Assembly (NCBI GenBank): GCA_038063715.1
Contig: JBBTUO010000007.1
Span: 1,540-65,539 of the forward strand
Reading direction: 5' to 3'
DNA: 64,000 nt
Source of the DNA: Patescibacteria group bacterium
Lineage (GTDB): Bacteria > Patescibacteriota > Minisyncoccia > Phycocordibacterales > SIBU01
Shown: positions 9,995-19,506 of the stretch, piece after piece
Numbering within the stretch: position 1 is the first letter of the stretch
Layout of the letters: every line of letters starts with the position of its first letter
Translations under genes and position numbers: made by a program
Notes under the pieces: generated by a model
The model's input: only the letters and a program-made list of their open reading frames with translations
Told to the model about the DNA's origin: nothing
Database searches by the model: none

Positions 9995-11524
9995 ATGTCA
10001 TTAAAAGTAGTCATACTTCTCGCGAGCGTCGCAGGCGCTCTCGGAATTGCCTTGGGCTACTATCTCCGATTGATTATTTCATTGGGCAAACGAGGCTCGA
10101 TGGAACTAGAGATCAAGGAGATGATGCTCAAGGCAAAAGAGGAAGCAAAAAAAATTGAAGGAAGTGCACAAAGTAAAGCTGATGAAGCTCTCTCTGCCGC
10201 GCGTGCAGAAGCTAAAGAAAGAGAGGAGAAGTTAAAAAAGAGCGAAGAGCGCATTATCAAAAAAGAGGACACACTGGACCAACGCCAAGCCGATATTGAT
10301 AAGGAAGTTGAAAATATCAAGGTAAAAATTGCCGAGGTCAAGAAAATAAAAGAAAAGGTCGATGCTTTGGAGATTGAAAAAACAACCGAACTTTCAAAGA
10401 TCGCTCGCCTCTCCGAAGCGGAAGCAAGGGAGGAAATAATGAAAAGCGTCGAGAAAAAGTCAGAAGAGGATATTTTGTCTCGGATGCAGAAACTGGAGAA
10501 ATTTGGTGAGGAAAAACTTGAGAAAAAAGCTCAAGATATTTTGGCTACATCGATTCAGCGTTTGGGCAATTCAGTCTCAGCAGACATGCTCACCACCCAG
10601 GTTGCAATCCCAAATGATGAGATAAAGGGTAAGATCATCGGCAAGGAGGGGCGAAATATCAAAGCCTTTGAGCGGGCAACTGGAGTTGAAGTGATTGTAG
10701 ACGATACTCCGGGAGCAATTACCATATCTTCATTTGATCCTGTACGACGCCAGGTGGCTCGAGTAGCGCTCGAAAATCTCATTCTCGATGGCCGTATTCA
10801 ACCTGCCAAAATCGAGCAAGTTGTTGAAAAAGCCCAGGAAGAAATCAACAAAATCATCAAGGAAAAGGGTAACCAAGCAGTCTACGAAACCGGGGTACTC
10901 AATCTTGATCCACGAATTATCGCTATCTTAGGAAGACTCCACTTCCGCACAAGTTACGGCCAGAATGTTTTGCAACACTCAATTGAAATGACACACATTG
11001 CCGGTATGATCGCCGAAGAATTGAGGGCAAATGTCGCAGTTACAAAGGCCGGAGCGCTTCTACATGACATTGGCAAGGCTGTAGACCACGAGGTTCAGGG
11101 TACCCATGTAGAAATCGGCCGAAGAATCTTGCAAAAATTCGGCGCGGATGAAGCGATTGTCAAAGCCATGCAGGCCCACCATGGAGAGTATCCATATGAA
11201 ACTGTCGAGTCGATCATTGTACAGACCGCTGACGCCATTTCAGGATCACGACCGGGCGCTCGCCGAGACAGTGTTGAAAATTACCTAAAACGATTGGGTG
11301 ATCTTGAGGCAATTGCAAAATCATTACCGGGAGTTGAAAAATCATTTGCCTTGCAAGCTGGGCGTGAAATTCGAGTATTCGTGAACCCTGGTGAGATTAC
11401 TGATCTAGACGCCAAGAAAATGGCCCAAGATATTGCACAGAAGATTGAAAAGGAACTGAAATATCCAGGAGAAATAAAGGTGACAGTCATCAGAGAGTTG
11501 AGGACAATAGAATACGCTAGGTAA
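9995..11524 (+). CDS. rny: Ribonuclease Y
   Basis: N-terminal TM, coiled coil, KH (KGKIIGKEGRNI), FRTSYGQNVL, HD (LLHDIGK), GARR. Confidence 0.97.
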   Translation: MSLKVVILLASVAGALGIALGYYLRLIISLGKRGSMELEIKEMMLKAKEEAKKIEGSAQSKADEALSAARAEAKEREEKLKKSEERIIKKEDTLDQRQADIDKEVENIKVKIAEVKKIKEKVDALEIEKTTELSKIARLSEAEAREEIMKSVEKKSEEDILSRMQKLEKFGEEKLEKKAQDILATSIQRLGNSVSADMLTTQVAIPNDEIKGKIIGKEGRNIKAFERATGVEVIVDDTPGAITISSFDPVRRQVARVALENLILDGRIQPAKIEQVVEKAQEEINKIIKEKGNQAVYETGVLNLDPRIIAILGRLHFRTSYGQNVLQHSIEMTHIAGMIAEELRANVAVTKAGALLHDIGKAVDHEVQGTHVEIGRRILQKFGADEAIVKAMQAHHGEYPYETVESIIVQTADAISGSRPGARRDSVENYLKRLGDLEAIAKSLPGVEKSFALQAGREIRVFVNPGEITDLDAKKMAQDIAQKIEKELKYPGEIKVTVIRELRTIEYAR

Positions 11525-11652
11525 AAGCTCGCTCGCCGAGGTGAAGAGAAAAAATCCGAAAGCCCCCGTTCCGCTGTGAAGCGGAACGGGGGCTTTCTCT
11601 TTTCACAATAAAAAAATCGCGAGGGCCTGCCCCCGCGATGATAACAAAACAA

Positions 11653-12402
11653 TTAGGTGACCAACGAACCGAGACTGCGACGAAGCATGGTTTTAGCAGT
11701 TCCCAAGCGCATATACACAGCAGTCTCGCCTCTCCCAACTCTCCGAGCAATATCCTGAACAGACAGCTCAGCCCAATAACGCCAGTAAACCACTTGCGAC
11801 AATGGCGCGGGGAGTTGCTCTACCGCTTCACGCACGAGCTCTGCAAACTCCGACCGAGACAGCTCCTCTAAGGGTGTGGGTGTTTCAGAATCCGGGCACT
11901 CTTTTCTGAACTGTCCAGAGTCGGGAGTAGTTATCGCATCATAACTAAGAGGATGATACACTCCGCCCAACAACTTCCACCGGGTCAGTGGGTCACAACC
12001 ATGCCGATCCACCACTTCTTCTAGCTTCACCTCCCGACCGTGCACCTCTGAAAGAACCCACCTTTCGTCCTCAAAACTCTGAAGCCTGGCGCAAAGCTCC
12101 TTAGGCATCGAGAAATTTGATCGAAGTTCTTCGATCAGAGCTCGGTGAATCACAACCGACGCCCACCCAGAAACATTATCGTTCAAGGCTGGCTTGTAAG
12201 ACGGAAGTGTTTTGTGCAACGCAATAGCGCCCGCAACCCACAAATCCTCAGCAGAGAGACCTCCGGGCAATTTGTCTGACCAGTGGCTCCGGAGAGCACT
12301 CACCTGAACATCTACCAGTGGTAGAAGTCTATAGAACAATTCGCCGTGAGCGAATGTCGCTTTGTCAAAAGAGAAAAAATCTGAAAACAGTCCTCCACGC
12401 AT
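11653..12402 (-). CDS. Alternative sigma-70 family factor, FliA/WhiG (group 3)-like
   Basis: Region 2 EDLWVAGAIAL...IHRALIEELRS; region 4 QLPAPLSQVVYWRY...SVQDIARRVGRGETAVYMRLGTA; GGAGG RBS. Confidence 0.82.
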   Translation of the reverse strand: MRGGLFSDFFSFDKATFAHGELFYRLLPLVDVQVSALRSHWSDKLPGGLSAEDLWVAGAIALHKTLPSYKPALNDNVSGWASVVIHRALIEELRSNFSMPKELCARLQSFEDERWVLSEVHGREVKLEEVVDRHGCDPLTRWKLLGGVYHPLSYDAITTPDSGQFRKECPDSETPTPLEELSRSEFAELVREAVEQLPAPLSQVVYWRYWAELSVQDIARRVGRGETAVYMRLGTAKTMLRRSLGSLVT

Positions 12403-12895
12403 ATGTCATGTCCTCCGGTTGTTAGTTGTTTAAGAACGAAGGGCCTAAAAGGTCCTGATAAGCTTTAAACCGCTAGATACAGTAGCACTAGCGTGTCGGA
12501 GGGTCAAAGTTTCAATAATCTGAATGACCCAACAGTACTGTTGAGCTGTTTATATTGGCTCTACAGAGCCGTTTTAACATTTGCACAATTTTAGGCCTAA
12601 AATGCTGAATTTTAAAACTTTTTTGCTGTCCACAAGCTATGCACAAGCCAAAAAATGGCTTACTTGCGTCGAAATACCTCTGTTATATAATAAACATAGA
12701 TATTAATCAGATAAATAAGGTCGATTTAAATAAATTAAAGTTTAAAAAATAATTTAATACAATTGGAGCTTCAAAATTGGATGCAGTTCGAGGCGCGAGC
12801 GAGGCTTGTGACCAAAATGTATGTTTATTACATTGCGGGAGCAAACGAGCGAAGCAACAAAGAAATGCGCCAATTGTGAAGTTCCAAACAATACT

Positions 12896-13168
12896 ATGAA
12901 TAAACAAGCTATAGCAGAAGCAGTCCATGCCGTTCTCGGCGGGACTAAAGTTCAAGCAGAGCAGGTAGTAGATGTAGTAGTTGACTCGATCGTCAACACT
13001 TTGAAAAAAGGAGAGGAGGTTTCAATCGCAGGTCTTGGCATCTTTTCAGTAAAGGCCCGCGCCGCCCGCCAGGCTCGCAATCCTCGCACCGGTGAGTCTA
13101 TCCAGGTTGCAGCAATGAAAGTACCTAAGTTCCGCGCCGCTAAGGCGTTGAAGGATGCAGTCAAATAG
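12896..13168 (+). CDS. hup: HU family DNA-binding protein
   Basis: MNKQ...GEEVSIAGLGIF...ARNPRTGESI...VPKFRAAKALKDAVK. Confidence 0.96.
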   Translation: MNKQAIAEAVHAVLGGTKVQAEQVVDVVVDSIVNTLKKGEEVSIAGLGIFSVKARAARQARNPRTGESIQVAAMKVPKFRAAKALKDAVK

Positions 13169-13199
13169 TAGATTCAGGATTTTAGATTAAAGATTCAAG

Positions 13200-13227
13200 A
13201 AAAAACCGCCCAAGGGCGGTTTTTTTG
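13200..13227 (+). terminator. Terminator after HU
   Basis: AAAAAACCGCCC-AA-GGGCGGTTTTTTT. Confidence 0.8.
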
Positions 13228-13331
13228 TTTCTTGTACCAGCAGGAAGTAGAGAAAAGTTGACACGCAAGCATCATCGGCACATACTGAAATACGGATACA
13301 GGAACAGCTTGATATTCCACCCAGACACCCT

Positions 13332-13532
13332 ATGAATACTGTCAAAGACGATTTGCGTCGAATGAACAGAAGTTTCGCGCGCGTTCTCATCGCACGAGGA
13401 AGAAACATGCTACCCAGGCCACTGCGTGGCAAACGCCTTTCGGTCACGGCAAAGATTTGGCACAGATGGACAGTTGAAGCTGGTGAGCGTTGGATTGCTC
13501 GCGGCAACGCGATTCTCGCAGAAAATCAATAG
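13332..13532 (+). CDS. Small basic hypothetical protein with its own promoter and terminator
   Basis: TTGACA-N17-CATACT at about 13258-13286; AGTCCC-CTCTC-GGGACT-TTTTT at about 13551-13574. Confidence 0.5.
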   Translation: MNTVKDDLRRMNRSFARVLIARGRNMLPRPLRGKRLSVTAKIWHRWTVEAGERWIARGNAILAENQ

Positions 13533-13624
13533 ATCATTTCGACCAGCGCAAGTCCCCTCTCGGGACTTTTTTGTTACCACACTTTTAAATATATTGATGG
13601 CCTGGAGGCGATTCGCTACAGCAT

Positions 13625-14362
13625 TTATTTCGGCATAAATGGTTTTGCACTTCGCCATGCCATTTCAAAAATAGTTTTTAATGTTTCAGCGATAGTTACA
13701 TCTTCAATCCTAACCACAAAAAGATTCTGCTCCTGCAGTCGGAAAAATGCCACTACATTGCCGTAAATTACATTGTCATTAAAAATCGGGCCGGACGCTA
13801 AACGTGACATATACATCTCCCCCGCTGTTGTGGCCCATCGTTTAGAACTTTGGCGCGCTTCTGGCGTATCCGCAATAATTTCTCTAGTAAAAATTCGATT
13901 ATCGATCGTCGCTTGATTAATTTTACGAAAAATTTCTGGAAACCTTTTCTCTACCGAAGAAAGATCAGACCAAAAAATCAATTCTTTCGTATTTTTTATT
14001 TCCTCGTACATCTGGAGCAAACCTTCTTCTCCTTCAAAAACAGATACGCTCGGTTTACCCTGATTTTCTTGTTGCAACAATTCAAGTTCTCGAATTTGCT
14101 GCTTCCACTCAGACAAACCGTCTTCCAGTTTTTTCTGTAAAACCTTAGGATCAACGGCTCGGTAATACTCCCGCTTACCAATACATACCCGCTGGATAAA
14201 GCTTTTTTTAAGTAATTCATCCAGATACAGATAGACCGTTGGCCGCTTCAAACCAGCCTTTTGTGCGATTTTACCTACTGATGAAGTACCTAAAGCCAAG
14301 GCCGCCATATATACCTTGGCGGCTTTTTCATTTAAACCAAGGTTTTGCAGAACATAGATCAT
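13625..14362 (-). CDS. TrmB-family transcriptional regulator
   Basis: LGLNEKAAKVYMAALALG...LKRPTVYLYLDEL; FEGEEG; IFEMAW. Confidence 0.88.
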   Translation of the reverse strand: MIYVLQNLGLNEKAAKVYMAALALGTSSVGKIAQKAGLKRPTVYLYLDELLKKSFIQRVCIGKREYYRAVDPKVLQKKLEDGLSEWKQQIRELELLQQENQGKPSVSVFEGEEGLLQMYEEIKNTKELIFWSDLSSVEKRFPEIFRKINQATIDNRIFTREIIADTPEARQSSKRWATTAGEMYMSRLASGPIFNDNVIYGNVVAFFRLQEQNLFVVRIEDVTIAETLKTIFEMAWRSAKPFMPK

Positions 14363-14389
14363 TACAATATTAGTATATAAAAATAAACA

Positions 14390-14414
14390 TAAATGTCAAT
14401 AAAATTGACATTTA
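14390..14414. promoter_or_regulatory. Inverted repeat (candidate TrmB operator) containing back-to-back -35 boxes
   Basis: TAAATGTCAAT-AAA-ATTGACATTTA between the divergent TrmB and SBP genes. Confidence 0.7.
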
Positions 14415-14533
14415 TTAGTAAAATGACTCCTTATTTTAAGCCATTTTATCATAATTTTTCTATTGTTTTTATAATAAAGTGGACTAATCACAAAATTAAA
14501 ATACAATTTGTCAATTATTCGTAAAAGAAAATT

Positions 14534-15670
14534 ATGAAAAAATACTTAATAATTGCTGTTGCTATCGTAATCGTCGGCTCCCTACTTTACCGTGCGGGTC
14601 ACAATGTCGACACAAAACCTATTAAAATGGGTGGCTTGTTTGACCTGACAGGGGTTACAGCCGATATCGGTGAAAGCTTAAAAAGAGGTTCCGAAATAGC
14701 GATCGAGAAAATCAATGCTAACGGTGGTATCAATGGTCGTATGATTGAAATAGTGTACGAAGATGCAACCGACGGAGCCGCGAAACCAGCAATTAATGGT
14801 GCGCAGAAGCTCATGAATATCGACAAAGTCGATATTATTCTCGATTATCCCTACTCAGGACTTTCGTCAATCGCAAAAACAGCGGAACAACTAAAAATCC
14901 CTGTTCTTGATGTCATTGATTCTTCCGATCAGATTGCTTCATTCGGAGACTGGGTATTCGGGGTCGGTATGTATGATGATGGTGTTGGAAAGTTTGTAGC
15001 GGAATTTGCCAAAAATGAGTTAGGGGCAAAAAATGTGGCAATGTTGGTCGGAAAAGATGAGTATCTCTATGCTGTGGCAGGTGGATTTGAAGAGGGCTTT
15101 CAATCGCTCGGTGGAAATATTACTCGCCGAGAAGAATTTTTGATCGGAGAGAATGATTTCCGGACACAACTGCTCAAATTGTTCGCCAAGGAGAAGCCAG
15201 AAGCGATTTTTGTCAGTCATTTTGGCGAAGGTGGAAAAATTATTAAACAGGCCAGCGAACTGGGTTTTTCAGGGGCATTTCTTGGTAGCGATACCTTCTC
15301 TCTTGCAGATGTTCCGAGAGTGGCCGGAAAGTTACTCGACCACCGAACGTACTTTGGTTTGTGGAGAAATTTTGATTCACAAACCAAGGAGCAGCTCGAA
15401 TTTGTCGAATTGTATAAACAGAAATACGGCGAAGAGCCGGGTGACTATCTCTTCTACAATGTACTAGGTTATGATGGAGTGATGGTCGCCGCCGAGGCAT
15501 TAAAAAAGACTGGTGGTGATGGAGGAGAAAAACTCAAAAACGCTCTGTACCAAACACAAAATCATCAGGGTTTAAGCGGGCCAATCTCAATTGATCAATC
15601 CGGCATCAATCGCGACACAAAAACAATGATGGTGATGTACAAAGACGGTAAAATTGTGCGGTATAAATAA
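14534..15670 (+). CDS. ABC transporter substrate-binding protein, LivJ/LivK (branched-chain amino acid) family
   Basis: IKMGGLFDLTG, AIEKINANGGINGR, DFRTQLLKL, GYDGV, GLSGPISID. Confidence 0.9.
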   Translation: MKKYLIIAVAIVIVGSLLYRAGHNVDTKPIKMGGLFDLTGVTADIGESLKRGSEIAIEKINANGGINGRMIEIVYEDATDGAAKPAINGAQKLMNIDKVDIILDYPYSGLSSIAKTAEQLKIPVLDVIDSSDQIASFGDWVFGVGMYDDGVGKFVAEFAKNELGAKNVAMLVGKDEYLYAVAGGFEEGFQSLGGNITRREEFLIGENDFRTQLLKLFAKEKPEAIFVSHFGEGGKIIKQASELGFSGAFLGSDTFSLADVPRVAGKLLDHRTYFGLWRNFDSQTKEQLEFVELYKQKYGEEPGDYLFYNVLGYDGVMVAAEALKKTGGDGGEKLKNALYQTQNHQGLSGPISIDQSGINRDTKTMMVMYKDGKIVRYK

Positions 15671-15687
15671 TTTCTATTGACGGAACA

Positions 15688-15723
15688 GCAAAAACTCCCC
15701 GATGGCCATCGGGGAGTTTTTGC
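15688..15723. terminator. Bidirectional terminator
   Basis: GCAAAAACTCCCCGATGG|CCATCGGGGAGTTTTTGC. Confidence 0.8.
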
Positions 15724-15876
15724 GTTTGTGCGAGATGGGAGACGCTACGCTATCGAACTCCTGGGAAACCCTCGGTTTTCCCAATCCTTCCTCCACGGGG
15801 AACTCCCGTTCCCCGACCCCTTCCCAGTTCAATTCTCCCGTTCGCACAAAGAACCCCTTGCGGGGCTCTTTTGTTG

Positions 15877-15947
15877 TGCGGGACGGGAGAATCGAACTCC
15901 CGCCAAGTGTTTGGAAAACACCTATTCTACCATTAAACTAGTCCCGC
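15877..15947 (-). tRNA. tRNA-Gly(TCC), no encoded CCA
   Basis: GCGGGACTAGTTTAATGGTAGAATAGGTGT-TTTCCAA-ACACTTGGCGGGAGTTCGATTCTCCCGTCCCGCA. Confidence 0.95.
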
Positions 15948-15950
15948 TTG

Positions 15951-16616
15951 TTATTTAAGAACCTCGTCAATCCACCCATTTATCCTTCGGGCAAGAAAAA
16001 CACCAAACTCTTTCCTACCGTGACTCCTAATACTAAGATGAGCCGTCCCAAAAGGCAACTTTCTTCTATTAAAACTTTTTTTATCTTTCCGAATATCTAC
16101 ATATGTTTTTTGAAAATAAATTGGTGCAATTGAGGTAGACTTGGACCAAAAAGCAACAGATTTAGCCTCATCAGAATCTGGATACAAGTGGAGCCTAAGT
16201 CTAAAGTTAACCTGTTTTAGATCGCAAACGTCCCTAAACCATTTAACAGCAAAACGTATAACCTTTGGGTCAGAATTTATTACCCTTATAATATCGTGAG
16301 TTTTCGCACCCTCTCCAATGTATAACCCTACTCCGAGCATAAACACATCTCGTGAGGAAAGGGCTCCTATATCTTTCCTTGCTTGTGTAACGGCCTCAGC
16401 AAACGACCTGAGTTTTTGTTTATTTTTTGCTAGACCAGACGCAGTACGAGCCTTACCCATCTTTAAAAGCATTTCATTATTCGGAGTGTAAGGCACAGAA
16501 GATAGCCAAGCACTCAATGTTCCTTTAGAAATCGCTGTCTTTTCTCCAATGTAAGTATACGAATAACCCTGTTTTCTCAAAGCAAAAGCCTGTTCACGAA
16601 TAGTACTATCCTTCAT
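15951..16616 (-). CDS. HTH + LAGLIDADG-like (homing endonuclease-type) protein abutting tRNA-Gly(TCC)
   Basis: AFALRKQGYSYTYI...ISKGTLSAWL HTH; LGVGLYIGEG helix; NSDPKVI; FW...; stop codon 3 nt from the tRNA 5' end. Confidence 0.75.
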   Translation of the reverse strand: MKDSTIREQAFALRKQGYSYTYIGEKTAISKGTLSAWLSSVPYTPNNEMLLKMGKARTASGLAKNKQKLRSFAEAVTQARKDIGALSSRDVFMLGVGLYIGEGAKTHDIIRVINSDPKVIRFAVKWFRDVCDLKQVNFRLRLHLYPDSDEAKSVAFWSKSTSIAPIYFQKTYVDIRKDKKSFNRRKLPFGTAHLSIRSHGRKEFGVFLARRINGWIDEVLK

Positions 16617-16706
16617 ATCCACATCATAGCAGATATAGTAGAAATGTTCAATTAATTGAAACCACATTAATAAGGTTGAAAAAACTCTTTGTGCTAAAAT
16701 GAAACA

Positions 16707-17849
16707 ATGCTAGAAAAATTTCTTTCACTAATACTCGGACTGCTTGGGATAGTAGCCACAACTGTGTCCTCCCCTGTTCAACCTGTACCAATCACACCAA
16801 AAATTACAGTAGCAACAACTACTCCTGCGAAAATCGCTACAACCTCGCCGGCAAAAGTCGAAACAAAAGTAACTAAAACGGTCAGGCCGGCGCCGAAGGC
16901 TCCCGAGGCGCCGGCCGAAATCATACCCGCAATAAAAACCTCAACGGTTATTCCTGTAGTGCCCGTTGTCGCCACAACTACCATTGTCAATTTCGAACCT
17001 CTAAACCAAAAAGCTCGCGAAGCGACTGTCAACATACTGTGTACCTCGTCGTCGGGAGGAAGTTTCGACCCCTTGAGCGGTAGCGGTGTTATCATCGACC
17101 CTCGCGGCATTATTCTCACTAACGCGCACATAGGACAATTTATGCTCCTAGAAAATCGCGACGGTAACCCTTTTATTCGCTGTGTAGCACGCACCGGCAG
17201 TCCAGCAACACCAAAATACACCCTAAAACTGCTTTACATTTCACGACAATGGGTAAAGGATAATTATCAACAAATAACGAGCAGTAACGCTACAGGCACC
17301 GGTGAGAATGATTATGCCCTGCTTCAAATAGTTGGAAGAACTGACCAGGTTCTTAAACTCGAAACCGACTTCCCACATCTTAATCTTGAGGGAAATACCC
17401 GAACATTCAAAACCGGCGATCCCGCGCTCGCCCTCGGCTACCCTGCAGGATTTTTAGGTGGGATTTCTATACAGCGAGAACTCTATGCCGTCTCAAGTAT
17501 TATAAAAATTGGGGAACGCTTCACATTTAGAGACGGAACAGTTGACGTATTTAGTCTTGGGGGCAGTCCCGTCGCTCAAAAAGGGGCGTCCGGCGGAGGC
17601 GTTGTAAACTCTGAAGGTAAGCTTATCGGTATTATAGTCACTTCAACCACAGCACCCTCAACAGATGGGCGCGATCTTGATGCAATATCGATTGAACACG
17701 TAAACAGAAGTCTTTTTGTCGAAACACGGCTAACGCTAGATTCATTTATACAATCGGACAACACGGCATTTTCAAAAGCGTTCGATGAAGAAATTCTGCC
17801 GGGCCTCAAAAAGCTCCTGGCGGACGAGCTCAGCGCAAAAAACCGCTAG
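16707..17849 (+). CDS. Secreted trypsin-like serine protease with Thr/Pro-rich linker
   Basis: Signal/TM; GSGVIID, TNAH, NDYA, GYP, GASGG triad motifs. Confidence 0.88.
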   Translation: MLEKFLSLILGLLGIVATTVSSPVQPVPITPKITVATTTPAKIATTSPAKVETKVTKTVRPAPKAPEAPAEIIPAIKTSTVIPVVPVVATTTIVNFEPLNQKAREATVNILCTSSSGGSFDPLSGSGVIIDPRGIILTNAHIGQFMLLENRDGNPFIRCVARTGSPATPKYTLKLLYISRQWVKDNYQQITSSNATGTGENDYALLQIVGRTDQVLKLETDFPHLNLEGNTRTFKTGDPALALGYPAGFLGGISIQRELYAVSSIIKIGERFTFRDGTVDVFSLGGSPVAQKGASGGGVVNSEGKLIGIIVTSTTAPSTDGRDLDAISIEHVNRSLFVETRLTLDSFIQSDNTAFSKAFDEEILPGLKKLLADELSAKNR

Positions 17850-17866
17850 CATCTGCGTAGCTCCCT

Positions 17867-17908
17867 GTATACGTTTATAATACACGACCGTGTATTATAA
17901 ACGTATAC
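17867..17908. repeat. 42-bp near-perfect palindrome (36-bp core at 17870-17905), orphan related to type 2
   Basis: GTATACGTTTATAATACACGA|CCGTGTATTATAAACGTATAC. Confidence 0.92.
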
Positions 17909-17931
17909 CGAAAAATAAAGCGGATTATGAA

Positions 17932-18231
17932 TTATTGATTTTGAGCGAGCGCGAGCAGGGCATCGAAATTATCCGTGGGCAAAACTTTATTTTTTCGCTC
18001 AAATCCGCAACGCACGCACTGCTGAATCACTGAATACTGCTCGCCTTTTTTAATCGCTGAAACAGGCTTCATTAGTCCCCCGCAAATTTCATCTCTATCC
18101 CCTGGATTTACATCCACATGCTTGCTCCACAAGCATTTCGGACAATGATTGGTAAACCCGTCCCCTACTACTGAATTACCGCAGTGTTCGCAGGTAAAAT
18201 CTTCAACCTTTTTTTGAAATAATTTTTTCAT
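17932..18231 (-). CDS. RNHCP-domain zinc-binding protein
   Basis: FTCEHCG, TNHCPKCLWSKHVD..PGDR...CGGLM, CVRCG. Confidence 0.88.
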   Translation of the reverse strand: MKKLFQKKVEDFTCEHCGNSVVGDGFTNHCPKCLWSKHVDVNPGDRDEICGGLMKPVSAIKKGEQYSVIQQCVRCGFERKNKVLPTDNFDALLALAQNQ

Positions 18232-18284
18232 TTAATTAATATACATTACATCATATATAGCAAAACATACCTTGCTGCCTATAA

Positions 18285-18302
18285 ACTTTAGTTCAGTAAA
18301 GT
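18285..18302. repeat. Degenerate ACTTTAGTTAACTAAAGT palindrome
   Basis: ACTTTAGTTCAGTAAAGT (2 mismatches). Confidence 0.6.
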
Positions 18303-18354
18303 AACCAAGATTATATTTTTTCTGTTTAAATTTTGAAATGCATGTATAAAAAAC

Positions 18355-19413
18355 TTATTCCTTCTTTGATTTTTCTATGCGCTCCTTTCGCTTGTACCAG
18401 CCAGCTTGTAATTTAACCTTATTTTCGTTTGCATAGGCTTCTGCTTTTCTAAACATCTCAAGTGCTTCGCCATTGCGTCCTCCATCTGAAAGTTCCGCAA
18501 AATCCTGAAAAAGCATCTCGAGATAATTCATAAACTTTCTATCGCGGCGTGCTTCAAAACCACCCGGGTGATCTGTGCCCTTGCCTGAATAGACTGTGGC
18601 GCTTGGAAATGTCTCTCCTATCGAATATAGTGCGGTAATCACAGTACCACCTCTATCCATCATGTCATCTGCAACAATAACTGTCGTTGTCGTTCCACCG
18701 GATTCACCTGCCTCAGAAACAGCTTTCTGATTTTCCTTATCAACCGCAATAACAAACGAATCTACGGAAAAAGAATTGTCCCCGTATCTCTCAACAATTT
18801 TTTTGACCAACTCTACATAAACACTTCCTCCGCTCAAAATGCCTCCAACTTTTGTGCCTTTTTGAAAAAACTTGTTTACGGCATTTATAGTCAGATCATT
18901 CGTGCCCCGTAAAAACTCGTCGAGCACATAACGCATTTCCTCTTGTGTGAGCTTGTGATTAGGTGTCTCTACCGACTTAGCTTTTTCGGCAACCCGAGCA
19001 AGCATATCATCTGTGGCGCGCAAAAGATTTTGTATCGAAAATTGCGGAGGGAGACCGTGTCCAGAACCAGCATCCTGCTCAGAATACTGACTAGATAGAC
19101 GTTTTGTACCCTCTACAAAAGAGGGGTCGACCGGAGACGGGGTATCCTCCAAAGACTGGGCCATAATTACGTTGGCCATTTGGGTAGACAATAGATGAGC
19201 CTCCTTCAAAACATTTTGACAAACAGCATAATCCTGCTCCGTCAGCGCCTCAGTTCTCAGCTTTCTTAAAACTCTAATCCCTTCTTGTAATTTTCTTTCG
19301 TTTTCCAACTTTAATTCGCGCTCTGCCTCAGAAAGCGCTGGTCGTTCCATTTTTTTAAAGCTTGTATGGCTACCGCCAAGCAACGCTTCGAAACCTCCTG
19401 AATTAAAAGACAT
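18355..19413 (-). CDS. Hypothetical protein with type I phosphoribosyltransferase-like C-terminal domain
   Basis: GGILSGG and PRPP-binding-like VIVADDMMDRGGT. Confidence 0.6.
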   Translation of the reverse strand: MSFNSGGFEALLGGSHTSFKKMERPALSEAERELKLENERKLQEGIRVLRKLRTEALTEQDYAVCQNVLKEAHLLSTQMANVIMAQSLEDTPSPVDPSFVEGTKRLSSQYSEQDAGSGHGLPPQFSIQNLLRATDDMLARVAEKAKSVETPNHKLTQEEMRYVLDEFLRGTNDLTINAVNKFFQKGTKVGGILSGGSVYVELVKKIVERYGDNSFSVDSFVIAVDKENQKAVSEAGESGGTTTTVIVADDMMDRGGTVITALYSIGETFPSATVYSGKGTDHPGGFEARRDRKFMNYLEMLFQDFAELSDGGRNGEALEMFRKAEAYANENKVKLQAGWYKRKERIEKSKKE

Positions 19414-19478
19414 AAAATTATATGCTTATATTAACAATTAGCGCATTTATGAACAAGGTTTCGCAGGTTTAGCAAATT

Positions 19479-19496
19479 ACTTTAGTTAACTAAAGT
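19479..19496. repeat. ACTTTAGTTAACTAAAGT palindrome
   Basis: Perfect 18-bp palindrome. Confidence 0.85.
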
Positions 19497-19506
19497 GGAA
19501 AAATTT

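Noticed and set aside
12403-12480. SAM-I riboswitch upstream of the sigma factor (CTTATCAGGA... on the minus strand)
   Set aside because: Only the first few nucleotides resemble the motif; the P2-P4 consensus is absent.
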